Of a stretch of 62,000 nucleotides of DNA, positions 9,288-18,677 are shown piece by piece. This stretch comes from Hyalangium minutum. GTDB taxonomy: Bacteria; Myxococcota; Myxococcia; Myxococcales; Myxococcaceae. Numbering within the stretch: position 1 is the stretch's first letter; the number at the start of each line of letters is the position of its first letter. The notes beneath the pieces are model-generated. The model was given only the letters and a program-made list of their open reading frames with translations. It was not told the origin of the DNA and ran no database searches. The stretch is from assembly GCF_000737315.1 (NCBI RefSeq), contig NZ_JMCB01000004.1, forward strand, positions 20,001 through 82,000. Direction: 5' to 3'. Made by a program: the position numbers and the translations under genes.

Positions 9288-10682
9288 CTAGGCTGCCGCG
9301 GCGCGCCGGTACAGCTTCAGAGGCACCGTGTCCGGGCGCAGGTTGACGCCGACCACAAAGGGGGGCGGCTTCTGCTCGGTGTACTGCACCCGGTAGCGCT
9401 GCACGATCATGGCCAGGATGATCTGCATCTCCATCGAGGCGAAGTTCGTCCCGATGCACATGCGCATGCCCCCGCCGAACGGGAAGAAGGCCAGCCGGGG
9501 GCGCCCGGCGGAACGCTCGGGACTGAAGCGCTCCGGGTTGAACTTCTCGGGCTCCTCCCAGACGGCGGGGTGGCGGTGGGTGAGGTAGGGGCTGAGGGTG
9601 ATGATGTCTCCCTTGGACACCAGGTAGCCCCCGATGACGTCGTCGCTCATGGCCTCGCGGGGGAAGCTCCAGACAGGGGGGTACAGGCGCATGGACTCAT
9701 CGATGACCATGGCCGTGTACCGGAGCTTCGGCAGATCCTGCGCGGTGGGCACGCGGCCCTCGAGCACCGAGTCGACCTCGGCCTGGAGCTTCTCCCAGAC
9801 CTCGGGGTGGCTGCCCAGCAGGAACCACGTCCACCCCAGCGCGAACGTGGTGGTCTCATGCCCGGCGACGATGAGCGTCATCAGCTCGTCGCGGAGCTGC
9901 GCGTCGCTCATGCCCCCGCCCGTGTCCTCGTAGCGGGCCTCCAGCAGCATCTGGAGCAGATCCTGCGGAGGCTGAGCCTGCTTGCGCCGGGCCTCGATGA
10001 GGCCGAGCACCGCGCGGTTCAGCATGGCCATGTTCTTGTCGAACTCGCGGTTGGCCTTGGTCGGCAGGAACATCCGCAGCGGGTTGGCGGACAGGAGCCG
10101 TGCGCTGTTCTCGTGGGTGGCGCTGTACATCGCGTCCTCGAGCTCCGCGGCCCCGGGGTTGACGGTCCCGTTGAAGGCGTCACTGCTGAAGAGCGTCCGC
10201 GTGGTGATGGAGAGGGTGAGCCGCGTCATCTCCGGCATGATGTCCAGGACGGTGCCGTCGGGCAGGGCGTCCCAGTTTCGGAGATGGGCGCCCATCACCT
10301 GGACCATCTGGTCCACCAGGACGGCCAGCCTCTCGCGGTGGAAGGCGGGCTGGGCGAGCCTTCGCTGGCGTCTCCAGGACTCCCCGTCGTTGGTGATGAG
10401 CCCCTTGCCGAGGATGGGCTCGGCCCTGCGCAGCAGCTTGCTGCGGCCGTAGATGGTGGGGCGCTCCACCAGGATGTGCTTCACGTGGTCCGGGTGGGTG
10501 AAGTAGGTCACCCGGATCGGGCCCATCCGGTAGGAGATGACCTCGCCGTACTCGGCGAACCCTTGTGAGAGCAAGCCGAGTGGGTCCTTCTGCAACTCGA
10601 GGATGCTACCCAGGAGCCAGTGACCCTTGGGGCCGCTGGGCCTCCTCGGAGTGGAAGGAACTTGGGGTGCAGGCGACAGCAT
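9288..10682 (-). CDS. Cytochrome P450 (canonical)
   Basis: AGHETT I-helix, ESMR, PERF, FFPFGGGMRMCIG. Confidence 0.95.
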   Translation of the reverse strand: MLSPAPQVPSTPRRPSGPKGHWLLGSILELQKDPLGLLSQGFAEYGEVISYRMGPIRVTYFTHPDHVKHILVERPTIYGRSKLLRRAEPILGKGLITNDGESWRRQRRLAQPAFHRERLAVLVDQMVQVMGAHLRNWDALPDGTVLDIMPEMTRLTLSITTRTLFSSDAFNGTVNPGAAELEDAMYSATHENSARLLSANPLRMFLPTKANREFDKNMAMLNRAVLGLIEARRKQAQPPQDLLQMLLEARYEDTGGGMSDAQLRDELMTLIVAGHETTTFALGWTWFLLGSHPEVWEKLQAEVDSVLEGRVPTAQDLPKLRYTAMVIDESMRLYPPVWSFPREAMSDDVIGGYLVSKGDIITLSPYLTHRHPAVWEEPEKFNPERFSPERSAGRPRLAFFPFGGGMRMCIGTNFASMEMQIILAMIVQRYRVQYTEQKPPPFVVGVNLRPDTVPLKLYRRAAAA

Positions 10683-10728
10683 ATGAACTCCTCCAGAGCC
10701 TGGGGGGAGGGAAGACAGAAGCCACGGA

Positions 10729-12279
10729 CTACTTCGCCGCGGGGGCGTGCTGCACCGGCGGCACGTAGGGCCAGCTCTTGAGCGGTCCCTTGCCCGCGTC
10801 GCGCGAGATGTAGTCCGCGGCGATGTTGGCGCTCTCCATGATTGCGAGCAGTCCGCTGCCGGGGTGGGTGCCGCCGCCCACGAAGTACAGCCCGCTCACC
10901 TCCGTGTTCTTCACCCGAGGGCGCAGCGGCCCGAGCTGGTCCATGGTGTGGGCCAGGTTGAAGACGGCGCCGCGGAACACGTTGAAGTCATCCCGCCAGG
11001 TCTCCGCGGTCCAGGAGCGCCGGGCGCGGATGTGCTTGGTGATGTCGTGGATGCCCACCTTGGTGAGCAGCTCGGGGACGCGCTCGTTGAGTATCCGCTC
11101 GGCCTGCTTGAAGTCCACCGGGTGGCCGGTGTGGGGCGTGGGGATCGTGACGTAGAGCGTGGAGTGTCCCGGCGGCGCGACGGAGGGATCCGTGACGCAC
11201 GGGTTGCAGACGTAGAAGGGCGGATCCTCGGTGTCCACCGTCGTGTCCTCGAGCTTCGCGAGATCGTTCTTCAGGCCGTTGGCGGAGAAGGAGATCTGGT
11301 GGTGAGGCACGTCATAGACGCGATCCAGGCCCAGGTAGAGCATGAAGAGGCTGGGCGAGTACCGGGCCTTGTCCAGGAAGCCATCGGTCATGCGGCCCTT
11401 GCGCCAGCGCGCGTCCAGGAGGTTCTTGGCGGCGTAGGGCAGATCCGCGTTGACGACCACGGTGTCTGCCTTCAGGCGCTCGCCCGAGCTCAGCTCCACG
11501 CCGCGCGCCTTGCCCTCTTCGACCCAGATGCGGGAGACGGGCGTGCCCATCCGGAACTCCACGCCCAGATCCTGCGCGCACTTCATCATCCCTTGCGCCA
11601 TCGCACGGAAGCCGCCCTTGGGGTGCCACACGCCGAAGGCCAGCTCCAGGTAGGGGACGATGGAGAAGAGGCTGGTGGCGGTGGTGGGGTGCAGCCCCAG
11701 GTACTTGGAGGAGAAGGCGAACCCGTAGGTGATGCGGTCGTCTTTGAAGTAATCGTTGAAGTGCGAGTAGAGCGTCTGCCAGGGCTTGAAGCGCAGGTTG
11801 GGTCCCCACAGCCACGGCACGATGTACCCGGGGAGCGAGTCGGCTGGGGTGGCAACGAACTTGCCGTAGATGAAGCGGTACTTCTCCTCGGCATCGGCCA
11901 CCCAGCGCTTGAGGGCTGCGGGCTTGTCGGGGCCGAAGCGGGCCAGATCCGCGGCCATGCGCTCCGTGTCGCGGAAGGAGTCCATGTACGTGCCATCCCA
12001 GAACCAGGTACGGCTCATCGGCTCCACGGGCAGCAGGGTCACATAGTCTTCGAGCCGCTTGCCGGCGCGCTCGAAGGTTTTGAAGAGGATCTCGGGGACC
12101 TGGAAGATGGTGGGCCCGGTGTCGATCGTGTACTCGTTCTGTTCGCCGAGGGTCAGGCCCTTCATGCGGCCGCCGGGGACCGGATCCTTCTCCACGACGG
12201 TCACCTTCAGCCCGAGCCCTGCCAGGTTGATGGCGGACAACAAGCCTCCGGGGCCTGCTCCGACGATGAGGACGTCCAT
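10729..12279 (-). CDS. crtI: Phytoene desaturase-family (CrtI-like) FAD oxidoreductase
   Basis: GAGPGG FAD loop, EK..GGR, DTGPT, C-terminal GLYFVGGGTHPGSGL. Closely resembles myxobacterial CrtI-type desaturases. Substrate not established. Confidence 0.85.
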   Translation of the reverse strand: MDVLIVGAGPGGLLSAINLAGLGLKVTVVEKDPVPGGRMKGLTLGEQNEYTIDTGPTIFQVPEILFKTFERAGKRLEDYVTLLPVEPMSRTWFWDGTYMDSFRDTERMAADLARFGPDKPAALKRWVADAEEKYRFIYGKFVATPADSLPGYIVPWLWGPNLRFKPWQTLYSHFNDYFKDDRITYGFAFSSKYLGLHPTTATSLFSIVPYLELAFGVWHPKGGFRAMAQGMMKCAQDLGVEFRMGTPVSRIWVEEGKARGVELSSGERLKADTVVVNADLPYAAKNLLDARWRKGRMTDGFLDKARYSPSLFMLYLGLDRVYDVPHHQISFSANGLKNDLAKLEDTTVDTEDPPFYVCNPCVTDPSVAPPGHSTLYVTIPTPHTGHPVDFKQAERILNERVPELLTKVGIHDITKHIRARRSWTAETWRDDFNVFRGAVFNLAHTMDQLGPLRPRVKNTEVSGLYFVGGGTHPGSGLLAIMESANIAADYISRDAGKGPLKSWPYVPPVQHAPAAK

Positions 12280-12599
12280 CTGGTTTCACCTCTCTTGGGT
12301 GCCGTTCCGCGCAGGCGCGAGGCGGCATGAGCGCCGCTCCCACGCACAGGGGATGATCGGCGCGCATCGTCACATAGTGGACGGAAGCTTGTCATCCCCG
12401 GGATTCGGGTATTAGGGGGAAATAGTGGCGGTAGGGCATGAGAATCGAACTCACCAGGGACCGTTCTCACGGCCCCTCACCGGTTTTGAAGACCGGGCCG
12501 GCCACCAGATCCGGAGGCCCTACCACGCTCGACTCTACTGCCCGGCCAATGCCCCTCCGTCAACGATGCGCTCGATAAGAAAGCGCTGTCAGATCCAGA

Positions 12600-12745
12600 G
12601 GTGTTTGACGCATAAAGCCACAAATTGAAAAGGCAGTTTTGCGCTCCCACGCATAATTTTATGCGGTGATGGCAAAAGGTGGCATGAGTTTTTGAATGCG
12701 CTTTCATAAAGCGCTTTACTCCCTGGAAAAGACGCTTTACACTCG
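12600..12745. promoter_or_regulatory. AT-rich divergent regulatory region with inverted and direct repeats
   Basis: CGCATAA-tt-TTATGCG (12650-12665), GCGCTTT-cat-AAAGCGC (12698-12714), and CGCTTTAC direct repeat at 12712 and 12733. Confidence 0.55.
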
Positions 12746-12911
12746 GTTCCAGAAAAGTGCCGAAGGGTCTCCTGCCGTTGGAATGACCTGGGCTGCGTTG
12801 CGCCCTGTGAGTCTGTCTTCAGAGGCACGGTTCCAAGCGCTGCATTGCGTCAGTTGACTCAACCCTTGATCGGCTCCGGGGCTGGATCTCCATGGGCCGA
12901 GAAGGAAGGCC

Positions 12912-15188
12912 ATGATCCATAAATCGTTGGGAGTCGCCGTCGTGTTGCTGATGGGCATCCTGGGAGCGGGCGAGAGCCTCGCCGCGCCCACCTATGGAGC
13001 CCAGAGCTCGGGGGCCAGCTCGGCCCTCTTCTATATCAACAGCACCTCGTGGGCGGACATCCACTACCGGGTCAACAATGGGGGCCAGGTCAACGTTCGG
13101 ATGACGCTCGTGGGCTCGCAGAACCAGTACACGGTGACGGGTCTCACCAGTGGCAGCGTCGTCACCTACAACTTCACGTACTGGGACGCCGCCTGTAACT
13201 GCGCCTTCGATACCGCCACGGCCACTTATACCCATGGCTCCTCGTCGCCTCCGGACGCGGGCACGGGCACTCCCGATGCGGGCTCCGGAACTCCGGACGC
13301 GGGCACGGGCACTCCGGACGCGGGTACCGGTGGCCCTACTGGCAGCGCGGTCCCCTTGTTCAACAGCACCACCCCGCTGGAGCCGGCCCTGGTGGAGAAC
13401 ACCTCCACGGCGATCATCACCCACGTGGGCGAGCGCGTGCGCGATCGCCATGCCCGCGAGTCCCAGTTCCAGGCGTATGACCACTTCCTGGGCAAGTACT
13501 TCGTCAACCGTACCTTCTACGTCGACATCATCGACGAGGTGGCCAAGGGCGGCAGCCAGATCACCGTCAACATGCACACCGTCTACCCACACGACGGCAC
13601 GAACTTCCGCGCGTTCTTCCGGGGCCTCAACACCGTCGCGGAGTACTTCCACAACGGCACCTTCACCCGCGTGAACGACTACCTCTACACCGCCAGCGTC
13701 AACTACAACGCCAAGGAGGGGCGTGCCATCCGGGTGGGCGATCGCATGGAGATCGAGATCGGCGTCTTCCTGAAGCAACCGGTGGACGGCCGCTTCAACT
13801 ATTACTCGGGGGCGTGGCTGTACATCGTGGGCCAGGGCGGCATCGTGCCCTTCGAGGGCGTCGGCTCCACGCTCGACTCCTTCCCCCTGCCGGAGACCGC
13901 GTGGGCGGGCGGACGGACCACGCAGAACTACCCGTATTCGAACGAGCCGGCCGAGCGCTTCATGCAGATGGCGCTGAACCTGGCCCCGGTCAACACTCAG
14001 ACGTTCGTCGAGGGCCGCCGGATCCACCACACGGACTTCGGTACGGGCGCTCACTCCGAGGCGGACAACCCGGTGTTCACCGAGCAGGCGAACAAGCTGG
14101 GGAACAGCTACATCGCGCGCTCGTGCGTGGCCTGCCACGTGAACAACGGCCGCGGCCTGCCTCCTGCCACCAACACCACGCTGACCAACCTCGTGGTCAA
14201 GGTGGGCAAGCTCAGCGGCTCCACGAACGTGTCGGATCCGCAGCTGGGCGCCAAGCTGCAGCCGCGCTCTGTCAGTGGCACCCCCGAGGCGGATGTGAAG
14301 ATCACCTCGTGGACCACGACCAATGGCACTTTCTCGGATGGCACGGCCTACCAGCTGCGCAAGCCCGTCTACGCCTTCAGCAACGTCATCCCCACGAACT
14401 ACTCGGCGCGCATGACGCCGCAGCTGGTGGGCTTGGGCCTGCTGGAGGCGGTGCCCGAGAGCGCCATCTTCGCCCTGGCCGATCCCAATGACGCCAACGG
14501 CGACGGCATCTCTGGCCGCATGAGCACCGTGGTGGACCCCCAGACGGGCCAGACCCGCATGGGCCGCTTCGGCTGGAAGGCGAGCCTGGCGCGGGTGCGC
14601 CACCAGGTCGCCGATGCGCTCAATGGCGACATGGGCGTCACCACGTCCGTGTACAGGTCGCTGGACTGCGGCTCGTCCCAGCAGGGCTGCACGGGCACCA
14701 GCACAGAGCTGAGTGACGCGGACCTGGACAAGCTCGTCCGCTACATCTCTCTCTTGGGCGTCAATGCCCGGCGCAACCTCAACGACACGCAGGCGCAGCG
14801 CGGCGAGACGCTCTTCCAGAGCGCCGGCTGCTCCAAGTGCCACACGGCCAGCCTGCCTACGAGCCCCTACCACCCGAACTCCGAGCTGCGCAGCCAGACG
14901 ATCCGTCCGTACACGGATCTGCTCCTGCACGACATGGGCTCGGGGCTGGCGGACAACCTGCCGGAGGGCACGGCCTCGGGCTCCGAGTGGCGCACCGCTC
15001 CCCTGTGGAGCATCGGCTGGACGGCGGGCGTCAGCGGCGGCGAGGCCTACCTGCACGACGGCCGCGCTCGCAACCTCTCCGAGGCCATCCTCTGGCACGG
15101 CGGTGAGGGCGAGGCCTCCAAGCAGTCCTTCGTGAGGATGTCCGCTGCGGACCGGGATGCGCTGATCAAGTTCCTCCAGTCCCTGTAA
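12912..15188 (+). CDS. Secreted CBM56-like module + PDAG linker + di-heme oxidoreductase (DHOR/DUF1111-type)
   Basis: Signal peptide. WADIHYRVNNGGQVNVRM...TYNFTY CBM56-like module. CVACH and CSKCH heme motifs. PQLVGLGLLEA, GRFGWKA, TDLLLHDMG, WRTAPLW and YLHDGRARNLSEAILWHGGE family motifs. Confidence 0.88.
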   Translation: MIHKSLGVAVVLLMGILGAGESLAAPTYGAQSSGASSALFYINSTSWADIHYRVNNGGQVNVRMTLVGSQNQYTVTGLTSGSVVTYNFTYWDAACNCAFDTATATYTHGSSSPPDAGTGTPDAGSGTPDAGTGTPDAGTGGPTGSAVPLFNSTTPLEPALVENTSTAIITHVGERVRDRHARESQFQAYDHFLGKYFVNRTFYVDIIDEVAKGGSQITVNMHTVYPHDGTNFRAFFRGLNTVAEYFHNGTFTRVNDYLYTASVNYNAKEGRAIRVGDRMEIEIGVFLKQPVDGRFNYYSGAWLYIVGQGGIVPFEGVGSTLDSFPLPETAWAGGRTTQNYPYSNEPAERFMQMALNLAPVNTQTFVEGRRIHHTDFGTGAHSEADNPVFTEQANKLGNSYIARSCVACHVNNGRGLPPATNTTLTNLVVKVGKLSGSTNVSDPQLGAKLQPRSVSGTPEADVKITSWTTTNGTFSDGTAYQLRKPVYAFSNVIPTNYSARMTPQLVGLGLLEAVPESAIFALADPNDANGDGISGRMSTVVDPQTGQTRMGRFGWKASLARVRHQVADALNGDMGVTTSVYRSLDCGSSQQGCTGTSTELSDADLDKLVRYISLLGVNARRNLNDTQAQRGETLFQSAGCSKCHTASLPTSPYHPNSELRSQTIRPYTDLLLHDMGSGLADNLPEGTASGSEWRTAPLWSIGWTAGVSGGEAYLHDGRARNLSEAILWHGGEGEASKQSFVRMSAADRDALIKFLQSL
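13251..13331 (+). repeat. 21-bp coding tandem repeat (PDAGTGT x ~4) linker
   Basis: ccggacgcgggcacgggcact-like units starting at 13251, 13272, 13293 and 13314. Confidence 0.85.
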
Positions 15189-15208
15189 CGCGCGCTGGAG
15201 GCAGCTCC

Positions 15209-15243
15209 GGGGACCGCGTCACCACGCGGTCCCCTTTTTATTT
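15209..15243 (+). terminator. Rho-independent terminator
   Basis: Perfect 11-bp stem GGGGACCGCGT/ACGCGGTCCCC, 4-nt loop, then TTTTTATTT. Confidence 0.9.
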
Positions 15244-15263
15244 GCGGGAGAGGGCTGCGCTGC

Positions 15264-16337
15264 TCAGTCCAGCCCGCGCTCCCAGAGGTCGTCCTCGTCC
15301 AGCCCCACGAGGTGCCCCACCTCGTGCATCACGGTGATGCCGATCTGCTCGATCAGCTCCTCGCGCGTCTTCGCGAAGCGCTCCAGGTTCCTCTGGTACA
15401 GCACGATCGCCGCCGGGAAGTGATCGTACGCGTTCGTCACGCTCCGCTCGCCCACCGGCGTTCCCCGGAACACCCCCAGGATGCATGGCGACAGGGGAGG
15501 GGTCTGATCCATCAGCTCTTCATCCGACGGGATGTCCTCCACGGAGATCGTCACGTTGTCCAGGTAGCCCTTCACGTGCTCTGGAAGCGCCTTCACCGCC
15601 GACTCGAGCGCCTGATCGAACTCCGGCTCCGCCAACGACACCGGCGGCGGGAACTCCTGCGGCGCCAACGCCTGCGCCTTCCCGAACCGCTTCTTGGCCT
15701 CCTTCGCATCCCCGCGCCGCTCCGCTATCAGCCCCAGGTAGTGGTGCGCCCAGGCCTCGTCCGGCGTGTCCTTCAGCACCTTCTCGAAGGACGCCTGCGA
15801 CTCCTTGAAGCGGCACAGCTCGAACAGCGCGATGGCTCGCTCCACCTGCGCATCGATCGAGCGCGGCATGTGCCCGAGCGCTTCCTCCAGGCTCTCCAGC
15901 GCCTGGGTGCACTCGCCCATCTGGTTCAGGCCCATCCCTTCCAAGAGGAGGAACTCGTACACATGCTCTACATCGTCCGCTCGTTCCGCCAGCTTCCGCC
16001 CACGGCCACACAGGGTGAGCCCTTCCTCCACCGCGTCGCGATCTTCTCCCATCCGGCAGAGGAGGAAGTCCGCCATCTCCAGGATCAGCTCCAGATCCTC
16101 TGGGCTCGCCTCCAAAGCCTGTTGATACGCTTGCACCGCTTCTTCCTGGCGCCCAAGCCCCGCGAGCGCTGCCGCTCGATAGTGCAGCGCCTCCGGCTGC
16201 CCTGGCGCCTCCTTCAGCAGCGCTTGTGTCTTCTCCAGCGCGCCTTCCAGATCCTCGGCGTCGAACGCCGCGGCGATCTGTTCCAGGCGCTGCTCCGAGT
16301 CCCCCGGCAATGAGCGTTTCTCCCGCTTCCCCATCAT
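15264..16337 (-). CDS. TPR-repeat protein with C-terminal zincin-like metallopeptidase domain
   Basis: Several TPR helix pairs, LGVFRG, IVLYQRN, HEVGH (HExxH). Start at 16334, 16337 or 16349. Confidence 0.85.
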   Translation of the reverse strand: MMGKREKRSLPGDSEQRLEQIAAAFDAEDLEGALEKTQALLKEAPGQPEALHYRAAALAGLGRQEEAVQAYQQALEASPEDLELILEMADFLLCRMGEDRDAVEEGLTLCGRGRKLAERADDVEHVYEFLLLEGMGLNQMGECTQALESLEEALGHMPRSIDAQVERAIALFELCRFKESQASFEKVLKDTPDEAWAHHYLGLIAERRGDAKEAKKRFGKAQALAPQEFPPPVSLAEPEFDQALESAVKALPEHVKGYLDNVTISVEDIPSDEELMDQTPPLSPCILGVFRGTPVGERSVTNAYDHFPAAIVLYQRNLERFAKTREELIEQIGITVMHEVGHLVGLDEDDLWERGLD

Positions 16338-16368
16338 GAGCGGCCTCATATCCAGGTCCCTCTGTACG

Positions 16369-16397
16369 TTGTCAACGCAGGGAGCGGTTGTTACTTT
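16369..16397 (+). promoter_or_regulatory. Candidate sigma70-type promoter for the receiver gene
   Basis: TTGTCA-17 bp-TACTTT. The overlapping minus strand reads TTGACA, a possible -35 for the divergent gene. Confidence 0.5.
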
Positions 16398-16436
16398 CGC
16401 TCTTTCCCTGAGTCCCCAGGGACAGGTGTCCCTTTC

Positions 16437-16793
16437 GTGAACATCCTCGTCGTCGATGATGACCTCAGCCTGTGCGCCAGTCTCTCCCAGTTTTTGGAGG
16501 GGAACGGCTACACGGTCTATTCGGCCGGCGACGCCCTCCAGGCCTTGGACGTCATGGAGCGCCAGCCCGTGGAGCTCATCATCACCGATTATTTGATGCC
16601 CCACGTGGATGGCATCCGTTTCACCGAGATGCTCAAGGCGGATCCCCGCTTTACGGAGATCCCCGTGCTCCTCATCACCGCCTCCCCGGACGTGGCCACC
16701 ACCGACAAGGGCCTGCGCAGGGGCGTGGCCATGATGCTCCAGAAGCCGGTGGACATGGGCCAGCTCCTGACGCTGGTCCGCTTCGCCGAGTAG
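16437..16793 (+). CDS. Single-domain response regulator (CheY-like)
   Basis: ILVVDDD, IITDYLMP phospho-Asp, LITA, KP. Confidence 0.92.
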   Translation: MNILVVDDDLSLCASLSQFLEGNGYTVYSAGDALQALDVMERQPVELIITDYLMPHVDGIRFTEMLKADPRFTEIPVLLITASPDVATTDKGLRRGVAMMLQKPVDMGQLLTLVRFAE

Positions 16794-16843
16794 GCCCGAG
16801 GACCTTCCAGCCGTCCTACCGTCTACACCCTCGGCTTTCCGTG

Positions 16844-16871
16844 TTGACATCCCCCGTGCGGCCCTTATTTT
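16844..16871 (+). promoter_or_regulatory. sigma70-type promoter of groEL
   Basis: TTGACA at 16844 and TATTTT at 16866, overlapping the CIRCE element. Confidence 0.6.
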
Positions 16872-16896
16872 GGCGCTCGCCGAGGCCGAGTGCTAA
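16870..16896 (+). promoter_or_regulatory. CIRCE element (HrcA operator)
   Basis: TTGGCGCTC-N9-GAGTGCTAA versus consensus TTAGCACTC-N9-GAGTGCTAA, directly upstream of groEL. Confidence 0.9.
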
Positions 16897-16938
16897 CGGC
16901 CCCAAATTCCCATTTCCATGTAGTTTCAGGAGGTTACG

Positions 16939-18588
<1,650 letters not shown>

Positions 18589-18634
18589 GCCGCTAGGGCT
18601 CGGGACGGCCGCTCCGGTGGCCGTCCTCGGTAGT

Positions 18635-18677
18635 CGGCCCCGGTGTCCTCGAGAGAGGCCCGGGGCCGTTGCTTTTT
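18635..18677 (+). terminator. Hairpin terminator after groEL
   Basis: CGGCCCCGG...CCGGGGCCG stem followed by TTGCTTTTT. A second hairpin lies at 18603-18626. Confidence 0.7.

Noticed and set aside
10729-12279. Complete carotenoid gene cluster
   Set aside because: No crtE, crtB, crtC, crtD or car regulators in the window.
12819-15098. 759-aa antisense ORF opposite the di-heme gene (also 33618-36323, 52388-55249, 50044-52173, 59953-61944)
   Set aside because: Codon-mirror artefacts with no motifs that overlap well-supported genes.
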